Part shown: in pieces, positions 30,496 to 40,300 of the stretch | How positions within the stretch are numbered: the stretch's first letter is position 1 | Layout: each line of letters opens with the position of its first letter | Origin: an uncultured Bacilli bacterium | GTDB lineage: Bacteria > Bacillota_I > Bacilli_A > RF39 > UBA660 | Assembly: GCA_947593955.1 (NCBI GenBank) | Contig: CANQDV010000002.1 | Coordinates: 1-59,294 of the forward strand | Length of the DNA stretch: 59,294 bases | Direction: 5' to 3' | Translations under genes and position numbers: made by a program | Notes under the pieces: model-generated | Told to the model about the DNA's origin: nothing | Databases searched by the model: none | The model's input: only the letters and a program-made list of their open reading frames with translations

Positions 30496-30585
30496 TAGTA
30501 GAAAATTTAACATTAATTTAAAAACTACATATTTGGAAAATAATATTTTCCCTTTATAAAAAAATTCTTTAATATTATAAGATAA
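30496..30585 (+). pseudogene. Decayed duplicate of the tadA 3' end
   Basis: TTCCCTTTATAAAAAAATTCTTTAATATTATAAGATAA aligns with the tadA end TTCCCTTATAAGAAAATTTTTTAATGGCATAAGATAA. Similarity fades upstream. Confidence 0.6.
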
Positions 30586-30601
30586 TGTTTCACGTGAAAC
30601 A
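30586..30601. promoter_or_regulatory. parS-3 (perfect TGTTTCACGTGAAACA)
   Basis: Exact 16-mer within the 22-bp palindrome 30583-30604. Confidence 0.88.
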
Positions 30602-30671
30602 TTAAATATTAGTTTAAAAAAAATATTAATATTATTTTTTATAGATTAATAACGAACATATGTTTTAAAAT

Positions 30672-30687
30672 TATTTCCCGGGAAATA
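30672..30687. promoter_or_regulatory. NBS-4 (perfect TATTTCCCGGGAAATA)
   Basis: Exact 16-mer, 75 bp upstream of the dnaX ATG. Confidence 0.85.
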
Positions 30688-30761
30688 TTTTTGAGATAAT
30701 TAATAAAGAATAAAGGTTATAAAACATTAATTTCATGTTATAATGGAAATGGAGGGATAGT

Positions 30762-32420
30762 ATGGGTTATTTAGCTATTTATAGAAAATATAGACCAACA
30801 AACTTTGATGAAGTATCTGGTCAAAAAGTAGTTGTTGATATTCTTAAAAATGCCATAAAAAATGATAAATTAGCTCATGCTTACCTTTTTGCTGGACCAA
30901 GGGGTACTGGAAAAACAAGTATAGCGAAGATCTTGGCAAGAACGATTAATTGTGAATGCGATAATACTACAAATCCTTGTGAACAATGTAAAAGCTGTAT
31001 TAATTCTAAATCAAAAGAATGTGTAGATATAATAGAAATTGATGCTGCTTCTAATAATGGTGTAGATGAAATTAGGGAATTAAAAAGTAAAATAAATATC
31101 GTTCCATCTTTTTTAAAGTACAAAATATATATTATTGATGAGGTTCACATGCTATCTATTGGTGCATTTAATGCTTTATTAAAAACTTTAGAGGAACCCC
31201 CATCACACGTTATTTTTATTCTAGCCACAACAGAGTTACAAAAAATTCCTACAACGATTTTGTCTAGATGTCAAATTCTTGAGTTTAAAAAAATATCTCC
31301 AAAAGATATGAAAGACAAAATTAGTTATATTTGCAAAACCGAAAATATAAAAATTGAAGATAACGCAATTGATGAAATTATTGATTATTCTGATGGATGT
31401 ATGCGAGATGCATTGAGCTTATTAGAAAAGGCTAACTCATATACAGAGAATGTTATAAGTGCTAGTGATGTTAGAAACATTTGTGGAAAAACATCAAAGG
31501 AAGAATTACAAACAATAATTGATTTAATTAGAAATGGCGAAAAAGAAAATTTAATAAATAAAATAAATGAATTATATTTATCGGATTATGATTTAATATA
31601 TGTTGTAGAAGATATTATAAAAGAATTAGAACAAAAAATCTTTGATAATAATAATTCACAAAATGAAATTTATCAACTAATAACTTTATTTGTTAAACTA
31701 TATGATAAAATGAAAACAACTTCTGTAAATAAAAAGATAATTTTAGAGGTTGAATTAATTAATTATTTGAATGAAAATAATAAAAATATTTCCCGGGAAA
31801 TATTTTTAAAACAAAAGTTCGATAATATAGAGAAAGAAGAAACACAAATTTTAAATAAAAATAATGATGATGATAAAATTGTTGAAAAAAAAGTTTCAAA
31901 AGAAATTGTAAACACTTTTGATAATGATAATTTCAAAAAAATTAGAATTAATAATACTTTTGTCTCTGCATCAAAAGAAATTCTAAATAACATAAAAAAC
32001 AAATGGAATGATTTAAAAAATAATGCTTTTGATAAAAATAATGGAGCCATGATTTGTAATTTATTAGATGGTATACCTGTAGCAGCAAGTACTGATTATT
32101 TATTAATTTCTTTTCCATATTCTTCTATGTCTGATAATATTAATGAAGATTATGCTAATTTTCAAGAAATTTTAAATCAATATTTGCAAATTAGCACAAA
32201 GATTGTTGCCATTTCAAATGAGGAATGGAACAAATATAAATCTGAATATATTAAAAATTTAGGAAATAATATAAAATATGAGTTAATTGAAGACGAATAT
32301 ATTAAAAAAGAAAATAGTAATAAACAAGAAACAATTATGCCAGAAAAAAATGATAATTCTGATAATATAGAAAATAAAGTATTGGAATTATTTGATTCTG
32401 AATTTGTAAAAATAGAATAA
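30762..32420 (+). CDS. dnaX: DNA polymerase III subunit gamma/tau
   Basis: 552 aa; Walker A GPRGTGKTS, Zn module CECDNTTNPCEQCKSC, Walker B IIDEVHML, sensor TILSRCQ. Low-complexity C-terminal half. Confidence 0.95.
   Translation: MGYLAIYRKYRPTNFDEVSGQKVVVDILKNAIKNDKLAHAYLFAGPRGTGKTSIAKILARTINCECDNTTNPCEQCKSCINSKSKECVDIIEIDAASNNGVDEIRELKSKINIVPSFLKYKIYIIDEVHMLSIGAFNALLKTLEEPPSHVIFILATTELQKIPTTILSRCQILEFKKISPKDMKDKISYICKTENIKIEDNAIDEIIDYSDGCMRDALSLLEKANSYTENVISASDVRNICGKTSKEELQTIIDLIRNGEKENLINKINELYLSDYDLIYVVEDIIKELEQKIFDNNNSQNEIYQLITLFVKLYDKMKTTSVNKKIILEVELINYLNENNKNISREIFLKQKFDNIEKEETQILNKNNDDDKIVEKKVSKEIVNTFDNDNFKKIRINNTFVSASKEILNNIKNKWNDLKNNAFDKNNGAMICNLLDGIPVAASTDYLLISFPYSSMSDNINEDYANFQEILNQYLQISTKIVAISNEEWNKYKSEYIKNLGNNIKYELIEDEYIKKENSNKQETIMPEKNDNSDNIENKVLELFDSEFVKIE
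31787..31802. promoter_or_regulatory. NBS-5 inside dnaX coding sequence
   Basis: Exact TATTTCCCGGGAAATA embedded in a 28-bp perfect palindrome (31781-31808) that encodes NKNISREIFLK. Confidence 0.8.
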
Positions 32421-32434
32421 AGGAGAGATTATAT

Positions 32435-32731
32435 ATGAATATGCAAGCTATATTAAAACAAGCACAAAATATGCAAAAGGATATGATGAAGGCTAAAGAG
32501 GAGATTGATAATAAAGTCTTTGTTGGTGAAAGTTCTTTTGTAAAAGTCGAAGTAAAAGGGACCAAGGAAATTTTGTCTGTAAAAATAAATAAGCAAGAAG
32601 CAATTGATACAGATGAAATAGAAATGTTAGAAGATATGATCCAAGTAGCTATAAATTCTGCATTTAAACAAATTGATAAATTAACAGAAGAAAAAATGGG
32701 CAAGTTTGGTAATATTCCAGGATTGTTTTAG
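32435..32731 (+). CDS. ybaB: Nucleoid-associated protein YbaB/EbfC
   Basis: 98 aa; MNMQAILKQAQNMQKDMMKAKEEI start typical of the family; dnaX-ybaB-recR synteny. Confidence 0.92.
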   Translation: MNMQAILKQAQNMQKDMMKAKEEIDNKVFVGESSFVKVEVKGTKEILSVKINKQEAIDTDEIEMLEDMIQVAINSAFKQIDKLTEEKMGKFGNIPGLF

Positions 32732-32733
32732 TT

Positions 32734-33330
32734 ATGTATCCAGATAGTTTACAAGATTTAATAGAAAGTTTTAAGCTTTTGCCAGGAATAGGTGAAAAAA
32801 CAGCGGAAAGATTAGCTTTTTATATGTTAAATTTAGAAGAAGATAAAACAGATTTTTTTTCTGATTCGATAAAAAATGCAAAAAACAAATTACATAAATG
32901 CCCAATTTGTTCAAATATTACTGATAAAGATATTTGTAATATTTGTGCAGCAGATAATAGAGATAAAAAAATATTATGTGTTGTTGATGATTGCAAAAGT
33001 ATAATAATGTTTGAAAAAACGGGATCATTTAAAGGAATGTATCATGTTTTAGATAATTTAATTTCCCCATTAGATGGGATTAATCCTGAGGATATTGGGA
33101 TTGAAAAGTTAGTAAAAAGAATTGAAGATTCTTCGTTTGAAGAGATTATTATTGCAGTTAAACCTTCAATTGAAGGGGAAACAACTAGTTTATATATAAA
33201 AAAAATATTAGAAGGTTTAAAAATTAAAATTACTAGAATAGCAAGCGGTATTCCTCTAGGTGCAGACATTGAGTACATTGATTCAATGACTTTAGAAAGA
33301 GCTTTAGTCGACAGGAAAGAAATAGAATAA
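32734..33330 (+). CDS. recR: Recombination protein RecR
   Basis: 198 aa; HhH LPGIGEKTAERLAF, C4 zinc finger CPICSN..CNIC, Toprim domain. Confidence 0.95.
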   Translation: MYPDSLQDLIESFKLLPGIGEKTAERLAFYMLNLEEDKTDFFSDSIKNAKNKLHKCPICSNITDKDICNICAADNRDKKILCVVDDCKSIIMFEKTGSFKGMYHVLDNLISPLDGINPEDIGIEKLVKRIEDSSFEEIIIAVKPSIEGETTSLYIKKILEGLKIKITRIASGIPLGADIEYIDSMTLERALVDRKEIE

Positions 33331-33370
33331 TCTTTTTAGTTAGACATATGCTTATCTTAGGTGATCATAT

Positions 33371-33550
33371 ATGTTGGGTAAAATTTTAAAGAAAATTGTG
33401 TTTGCGGTAGTATTATTATATAGTTTTAATTTAATTGCTGTTAAATTTGGATTAATTGTACCCATAAATTATATAACAATATCATTAGTTACATTACTTG
33501 ATGTTCCAGCAATGGTTTTACTTGTTTTCTCATTAATACTTATTTTTTAA
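33371..33550 (+). CDS. bofA: BofA-family pro-sigma-K processing inhibitor (59 aa, not in ORF track)
   Basis: Hand translation gives MLGKILKKIVFAVVLLYSFNLIAVKFGLIVPINYITISLVTLLDVPAMVLLVFSLILIF. Two TM helices and a hVPIN..T motif. Position after recR as in B. subtilis. Confidence 0.6.
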   Translation: MLGKILKKIVFAVVLLYSFNLIAVKFGLIVPINYITISLVTLLDVPAMVLLVFSLILIF

Positions 33551-33572
33551 AATTTGAATAGGAGGTATGAAG

Positions 33573-34382
33573 ATGTTAACAGAAGAAATTTTCGATAAAT
33601 ATTTTAATAAATCTAAATTGAATCATGCCTACTTATTAAAAACAAATGATCAAAATAAAGCTATCCAAATAGCAAAAAAAATTTTTTCTTATGGAAACCA
33701 TGATGATAATATTAATGAATTAATCGAAGAAAACGTTTATTCTGATTTAAAAATTATTAAACCTGATGGGCAATGGATAAAAAAAGAGCAAATTATCGAT
33801 TTGCAAAGTGAATATAAAGTTAAGTCAGTCTATGATGGTAAAAGAATATACATAATTGCTAATGCTGAGAATTTAAATAAATCGTCTGGTAATACATTAT
33901 TAAAGTTTTTAGAGGAACCAAATGAAGACATTATAGCTTTACTAATTACTGAAAATAAAAATAAAGTTTTAGATACAATTGTATCTAGATGTGAATATAT
34001 TTCAATAGATTCTAATAATGATGATAATCATGATAATTATGAAGAGGCGTTAGAACTATGCTTATTATTAGAGAAAAATAAAAAAATGTTTAACATCGAT
34101 TTGAATCATAAGTTAGAAGAATGTACAGATCGATTGTTAATAAAAGAATTATTTCAGAAAATGATTACAATTTATGAACAATGTCTATTAAAACAATATA
34201 ATGCCCATCAATATTTAACGATAGAAGAAGATGTATTTGACAAAATATATAAAAATAATACAATAGATAGCATTATAAAAAAAATGCAATCATTAATGTT
34301 TGCAGTTGATATATTAGATTATAATGTAAATCTTAAATTATTAGTGGACAAACTATTAATTTTGATGTTTGGAGTTGAGTAA
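33573..34382 (+). CDS. holB: DNA polymerase III delta-prime subunit (short, divergent)
   Basis: ORF from 33567; ATG 33573 lies 7 nt after GGAGG. AAA+-like fold with LLKFLEEP and TIVSRCE sensor motif. Synteny. Confidence 0.8.
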   Translation: MLTEEIFDKYFNKSKLNHAYLLKTNDQNKAIQIAKKIFSYGNHDDNINELIEENVYSDLKIIKPDGQWIKKEQIIDLQSEYKVKSVYDGKRIYIIANAENLNKSSGNTLLKFLEEPNEDIIALLITENKNKVLDTIVSRCEYISIDSNNDDNHDNYEEALELCLLLEKNKKMFNIDLNHKLEECTDRLLIKELFQKMITIYEQCLLKQYNAHQYLTIEEDVFDKIYKNNTIDSIIKKMQSLMFAVDILDYNVNLKLLVDKLLILMFGVE

Positions 34383-34383
34383 T

Positions 34384-35181
34384 ATGTATAATGTTGTAGG
34401 TGTAAAATTTGATAATTCCAATCGTTTATACTTTTTTGATATTAATAACTTAGAAATTAAAAGAAATGAAAAAGTAATTGTTGAAACGGAAAAAGGTCTT
34501 CAATTTGGAATGGTATCTACAGAGATTAGAAAAGTTGAAGAAAAAGATATAGCGTATCCTTTAAAAAAAATATTGCGAATGGCTACTAAGGAAGATATAA
34601 AACAAAATTTAGTTAATAAAGAACAAAGTGAGAAGGCACTAGAGGATGCTAAAAGGCAAGCTACAAAATTAGGTTTAGATATGCATTTTATTGGGGCTGC
34701 ATTCACTTTTGATAAAAATCAATTGATTTTTAATTTTGTGGCGGATGAGCGTGTTGATTTTAGGGAATTAGCAAAAAAATTGGCAGCTATTTATAAAACT
34801 AGGATTGAACTTAGACAAATTGGTGTTCGTGATAAAGCTAAAGAAGTTGGTGGGATAGGACCATGTGGTTTATTCCTTTGCTGTAATACTTTTTTAACTG
34901 ATTTTGATAGCGTATCTATAAATATGGCAAAAAATCAATATATTGCATTAAATCCAACTAAAATAAATGGAATATGTGGACGTTTACTATGTTGTTTAAA
35001 ATATGAAGATGATCAATATACAGAAATGAAAAAAAATTATCCAGAAGTTGGAATTTATATTAAGAAAGATAATATAAGTGGAAAAGTCATATCACACAAT
35101 TTATTTAAAAAAACGTATACAGTAGAATGTAGCGATAAAACATTAGTTGAATTGCAAGTAGAAGAAAATGAAAGTAATTAA
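34384..35181 (+). CDS. ricT: PSP1-domain protein RicT/YaaT
   Basis: ORF from 34369; ATG 34384 follows GGAG and the holB stop. Cys cluster GPCGLFLCCNTF...CGRLLCCLKYE is typical of YaaT. Confidence 0.88.
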   Translation: MYNVVGVKFDNSNRLYFFDINNLEIKRNEKVIVETEKGLQFGMVSTEIRKVEEKDIAYPLKKILRMATKEDIKQNLVNKEQSEKALEDAKRQATKLGLDMHFIGAAFTFDKNQLIFNFVADERVDFRELAKKLAAIYKTRIELRQIGVRDKAKEVGGIGPCGLFLCCNTFLTDFDSVSINMAKNQYIALNPTKINGICGRLLCCLKYEDDQYTEMKKNYPEVGIYIKKDNISGKVISHNLFKKTYTVECSDKTLVELQVEENESN

Positions 35182-35899
35182 CGATTTAATTGGATATAAA
35201 GATAAAAAAATTGTGCAAGACACTAATTGGTTTATGTTTTCGTTAGATTCGGTTTTACTACCAAGATTTGTGACCATTAATAAAAATGTAAAAAATATAT
35301 TAGATATTGGAACAGGGAATGCTCCAATTCCAATAATTTTATCAACAAGAACTAAAGCCAAAATATATGGTATAGAAATTCAAAAAGATTTGTGTGATTT
35401 AGCTAATGAAACGGTAAAAGTTAATAATCTTTCTAATCAAATTACAATTATAAATAATGATGTAAAAAATATAGGCCAATATTTCGAAAATGGTTTTTTT
35501 GACATTGTAGTATCAAATCCACCATTTTTTAAAGTGTATAAAGATACTAAAAAGAATGATGATATACACAAAGTAATTGCAAGGCACGAAGTTTATTTAA
35601 ATTTAGATGAAATAGTATCAATAGCTAGCAAATATTTAAAAAACGGTGGATTATTTGCAATGGTACATAGAGCAGATAGATTAATAGATATTATTAACTG
35701 TTTTAAAAAATACAATATTGAACCTAAAAAGATGCAATTTATATACCCCAAAAATGGATGTGAATCTAATATAATATTAATTGAAGGAAGACGTAATGGT
35801 AATCCAGGTTTAAAAATCTTACCGCCTATCATTGCTCATAATAATGACGGTAGTTATAGTAATGATGTTTTAAAATATTTTAAAGAGGAGGAAATATGA
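35168..35899 (+). CDS. tRNA1(Val) (adenine37-N6)-methyltransferase-like (YabB/TrmN6)
   Basis: 243 aa; SAM motif DIGTGNA, catalytic NPPFF; synteny after ricT. Confidence 0.8.
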   Translation: MKVINDLIGYKDKKIVQDTNWFMFSLDSVLLPRFVTINKNVKNILDIGTGNAPIPIILSTRTKAKIYGIEIQKDLCDLANETVKVNNLSNQITIINNDVKNIGQYFENGFFDIVVSNPPFFKVYKDTKKNDDIHKVIARHEVYLNLDEIVSIASKYLKNGGLFAMVHRADRLIDIINCFKKYNIEPKKMQFIYPKNGCESNIILIEGRRNGNPGLKILPPIIAHNNDGSYSNDVLKYFKEEEI

Positions 35900-36741
35900 G
35901 TCAAAAAAGTTATAATGACAAAAATGCATTATATTTAATTCCAACACCAATAGGTAATTTAGAAGATATAACTTTAAGGGCCATCAATATTTTAAAGAAA
36001 GTTGATGTAATCTTTTGTGAAGATACAAGAATAGCTAGCTTATTATTAAATAAATTAGAAATAAAGAAAAAACTTATTAGTTGCAATAATATAAATGAAG
36101 ATATTGTTAAAGAGAAAGTTATTCAATATTTAAGTGATGGTAGTGATGTTGGTTTAATAACCGATAGGGGCACACCAATAATTAGTGATCCAGGTTTTAA
36201 AAGTGTTGAATGTGCTATAGAAAATGGTTATAATGTCATTGGTTTGCCTGGACCAACCGCATTAATCCCTGCATTAATAACTTCAGGAATTGAACCATCC
36301 CCCTTCTTATTTTATGGCTTTCTTAACTCCAAAATATCAAAATTAAAAAAAGAGTTAGCAGAATTGAGTGTGTTAAAATATACTTTGATTTTTTATGAAT
36401 CACCACATCGAATTATTTCAACTTTACAATCAATGAAAGAAATATTAGGTGATAGAAGAATTTCTTTAAATAGGGAAATATCTAAAATGTATGAAGAAAT
36501 ATATCGAGGGACTATATCAAATGTGTTACAAGAGTTAGGTGGCGAAGTCAAAGGAGAATTTGTAATCATAGTGGAAGGCAACAAAGATAATGTATCGTAT
36601 GATAATATGTCTATTAAAGATCATATTCGTAAATATATCGATTTAGGATATAATGAAAAAGAGGCAATGAAATTAGTAGCTAAGGATAGAAATATGTCAA
36701 AATCTGATATTTATCGTGAATATCATAATAGGAGTGATTGA
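35896..36741 (+). CDS. rsmI: 16S rRNA (cytidine1402-2'-O)-methyltransferase
   Basis: 281 aa; LYLIPTPIGNLEDITLRAI, EDTR, tetrapyrrole-methylase fold motifs. Confidence 0.92.
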   Translation: MSQKSYNDKNALYLIPTPIGNLEDITLRAINILKKVDVIFCEDTRIASLLLNKLEIKKKLISCNNINEDIVKEKVIQYLSDGSDVGLITDRGTPIISDPGFKSVECAIENGYNVIGLPGPTALIPALITSGIEPSPFLFYGFLNSKISKLKKELAELSVLKYTLIFYESPHRIISTLQSMKEILGDRRISLNREISKMYEEIYRGTISNVLQELGGEVKGEFVIIVEGNKDNVSYDNMSIKDHIRKYIDLGYNEKEAMKLVAKDRNMSKSDIYREYHNRSD

Positions 36742-36742
36742 A

Positions 36743-37303
36743 ATGAAATTAATAGTTGGATTAGGGAATCCAGGTAAACAGTATGATAATACAAGACATA
36801 ATATGGGATTTTTTTATATCGACAAATATGCAGAACAACATGGAATAGAGATTAATAACAAAAAATTTAATGGATTTTATGGTGAAATAAATATTAATAA
36901 TCAGAAAGTAATTCTATTAAAACCTGGTTCATTTATAAATTTATCAGGTGAAGTAATAAAAAAGTATATAGATTATTTTAAAATAGATATAAATGACATG
37001 CTTATTATATGTGATGATTTAGATACTGAAATGGGCAAAGTTAGATTAAGAGCGAATGGTAGTAGTGGTGGACATAATGGTCTAAAAAATATTGAATTAA
37101 TGTTAAAAACGCAGGACTATTACCGTTTAAAAATTGGAATTTCTAATAATAAACTTATTGATACTAAAGATTATGTTTTATCAAAACTTGATAATGAATC
37201 ACAAAGAAAAAGAGATGATAATGTTAAACTTGTATGTGACATTATCGATGATTTTTTGCTATTAGATTTTCAATTATTAATGTCAAAATATAATCGGAAA
37301 TAA
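36743..37303 (+). CDS. pth: Peptidyl-tRNA hydrolase
   Basis: ORF from 36716; ATG 36743 follows AGGAG and the rsmI stop. MKLIVGLGNPG, HN.G, GGHNGLKN motifs. Confidence 0.93.
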   Translation: MKLIVGLGNPGKQYDNTRHNMGFFYIDKYAEQHGIEINNKKFNGFYGEININNQKVILLKPGSFINLSGEVIKKYIDYFKIDINDMLIICDDLDTEMGKVRLRANGSSGGHNGLKNIELMLKTQDYYRLKIGISNNKLIDTKDYVLSKLDNESQRKRDDNVKLVCDIIDDFLLLDFQLLMSKYNRK

Positions 37304-37313
37304 TGGTGATAAT

Positions 37314-40300
37314 ATGGATGATTTAGACAATTTAATTATACATAATGGCACTGAAAACATGAGTCTTTTTGGAATGACTGATGAATTTTTTTGTTTGTAC
37401 ATTGCTAAATTATCTAATTTAAAAAATAGAAATATTGTAATAATAACATCTACTTTGTTTGAAGCGAATAAAATTTTTAATTCATTAAATAATTATTGTG
37501 ATAATGTTCAATTGTTTCCTTGTGATGATTTCTTAACTAATGCATCAATTGCTATTAGTCCTGAATTAAAAATAACTAGGTTAGAGACTATAAACAAATT
37601 AATTAATAATCAAAAGCAAATAATTATTACTCATTTAAATTCCTATTTAAGGTTCTTACCCAGTAAACAAGTCTACAAAGAAAATATTATAAAATTAAAG
37701 ACAGGTACTGAAATAAATCGTGATGAGTTAATAAAAAAATTATTAGATATTGGATATACAAGAGAAACTACTGTAACTAGAACTGGTGATATTAGTATAA
37801 GAGGTTTTGTTATAGATATATTTCCTTTAGAGAGCGAGAATGCTGTTAGAATTGAATTTTTCGGTGATGAAATAGAATCTATTAGATATTTTGACATTAC
37901 AACACAAAAGTCTATTAAAACAATAGATGCTATTGAAATTTTCCCTAATAGTGAATTTATAAATGGTAATAATGAGGCAGATTTTGATAAAAAGTTTAAT
38001 ATTGTTGATAATCCAAGTAACATTTCTGATTATTTAGATAATCCAATAACTATTGTCAAAGATTATTCACAAGTTGAATCTTCGTATTTAAAATTAGAGG
38101 AAGATATATTTGAATATTTTTCTAGAAATGATATACATTTAAATAAAGATATTATGTTTTCACTTACTAAAATTCCAAATACATGCATTTTATATAATAC
38201 TTTTGCTTCAGATAATGTTAAATTTAAAAATAACAAAAAAATAGATTTTCAAGTTAATACCATATCTCAATTTCATGAAAACGTAGAATCTATTATTAAT
38301 TACATTAAACTCAATATTAAAAAAGGTTATACAATAGTAGTATGCCTAAAGGATTATCAAATTAAAAGTTTTATAAAATTTATTGATTTGGAATATCATA
38401 ATGTTACAAAGAACGATATAATGATAGGCCAATTAAATATTATTAATAAGCATTTGAATGAAGGATTTATATATGAGCATTATATCGTTTTAACAGAAAA
38501 AGAATTGTTTGATACTAACAATAATAGTAAAAGTAAATATAAAACGAATTTTAAATATGCTACAAAGATAAAAAGTATAAATAATTTATCTGTTGGTGAT
38601 TATATTGTTCACAATATACATGGTATAGGTGTGTATAATGGTATAAAAACTTTAACGAAAAACGGATTAATGAAAGATTATTTAGAATTATTATATGAAG
38701 GTAAGGATAAATTATATATTCCTGTTGAAAAAATAGAACTTATTAGCAAGTATACAGGAAAGGAAGGCATAGTTCCTAAAATTAATAAATTAGGAGGTAG
38801 TGAATGGGCGAAGACCAAATTAAGGGTAAGAAATAAAGTAAGAGAAATAGCCGGGGATTTAATTAAATTGTATGCTTTAAGACAAATGCAAAAAGGTTAT
38901 GCTTTTCATAAAGATACAGAATTACAAGAAATATTTGAAAATGAATTTCAATACGAACTAACTCCTGATCAAAAAATAGCCATTAATCAAATAAAAGCTG
39001 ATATGGAATCCAATAGTCCTATGGATAGATTGCTTTGTGGAGATGTTGGATATGGTAAGACAGAAGTTGCTTTTCGTGCCATGTTTAAAGCTGTTGCCGA
39101 TTCTAAGCAGGTACTTTATCTTTGCCCTACAACCATTTTGTCTAGTCAACAATATAATAATGCAATCCAAAGATTTAAAAATTTTCCTGTTAATATTGCT
39201 CTTTTAAATAGATTTACAACTAATAAACAAACTAAAATAATCTTAGATGATCTTAGTAAAGGTAAAATAGATATATTATTTGGTACTCATAGAATTTTGA
39301 GTAATGACATTAAACCTAAAGATCTTGGACTTTTAGTTATTGATGAAGAGCAAAGATTTGGGGTAACTCATAAAGAAAAAATAAAGCAGTACAAAAATAA
39401 TATAGATGTTTTAACTCTTACTGCAACACCAATTCCTAGGACTTTACAAATGTCTATGCTTGGAATTCGAAGTTTATCTTTAATAGAAACTCCACCAGTA
39501 AACAGATATCCAGTAGAAACGTATGTTATAGAAGAGAATGATCTCTTAGTCAAAGATGCAATTTATAAGGAATTATCTAGAAATGGGCAAGTGTTTTTAC
39601 TATACAATAGTGTTGAAAAGATTGAAAGTAAAACTAGACAAATTGCCGAGTTAGTTCCTGATGCTAAAATTGTTTTTGCTCATGGTCGTATGCCAAAAGA
39701 AGAATTAGAAGATATTATGTTTAAATTTATACAACATGAATATGATGTATTAGCGTGTACAACAATTATTGAAACAGGAATTGATATTCCAAATACTAAT
39801 ACGTTGATAATATTTGATGCTGATCATTTTGGGCTTAGTCAATTATATCAAATACGAGGCCGAGTTGGTAGAAGTGATAAAATAGCTTATGCTTATTTAA
39901 TGTATAACAAAAATAAAGTTTTAACAGAAACGGCAATTAAAAGATTAAAGGTTATTAAGGAGTTTACGGAACTAGGAAGTGGTTTTTCTATTGCTACTAG
40001 GGATTTGTCTATTCGTGGTGCTGGAGATATTTTGGGAAGTGAACAGGCAGGGTTTATTGACAACGTAGGTATTGATTTGTATTTGAAAATATTAAATGAT
40101 GAAATAAAAAGATTAAATGGTGTAGAAGTTGAAGATGATGATGTTACGGATGTCAAACCTTTACTTGAAGTTGAAACACATATTGATGACAAGTATGTTG
40201 AAGAAAGCGAATTGAAAATAGAAATTCATAAAAAAATAAATGAAATTGATTCATATGAGAAATTAACAGAGGTAAAGGAAGAACTAGAAGATCGATTTGG

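Larger units (their letters stand above)
30577..30745 (+). repeat. Copy 2 of duplicated module (with about 51-bp insertion between parS and NBS)
   Basis: See copy 1. The extra segment 30611-30661 separates parS-3 from NBS-4. The copy ends in the dnaX leader (TGtTATAAT, GGAGGG). Confidence 0.85.

Noticed and set aside
29569-30687. The GC-cored palindromes considered as intrinsic terminators, REP/MITE-like elements or restriction-site (SmaI CCCGGG, PmlI CACGTG) relics.
   Set aside because: As hairpins they would have almost no loop and AT-only stems. There are no target-site duplications or terminal repeats. The exact match of both 16-mers to the known NBS and parS consensus, plus the presence of noc and parB, explains them better.
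31770-31810. Programmed ribosomal frameshift (tau/gamma) at the dnaX palindrome.
   Set aside because: There is no X XXY YYZ slippery heptamer in frame upstream. Off-frame stop codons are ubiquitous in this AT-rich sequence, so their presence next to the hairpin is not evidence. It is kept only as a weak side hypothesis.
21302-40192. Numerous 60-116-aa antisense ORFs in the track, within dnaA, recF, gyrB, gyrA, dnaX, recR, ricT, trmN6, rsmI and mfd.
   Set aside because: Each lies opposite a strongly conserved housekeeping CDS, lacks an RBS and gives low-complexity peptides. These are typical shadow ORFs of AT-rich DNA.
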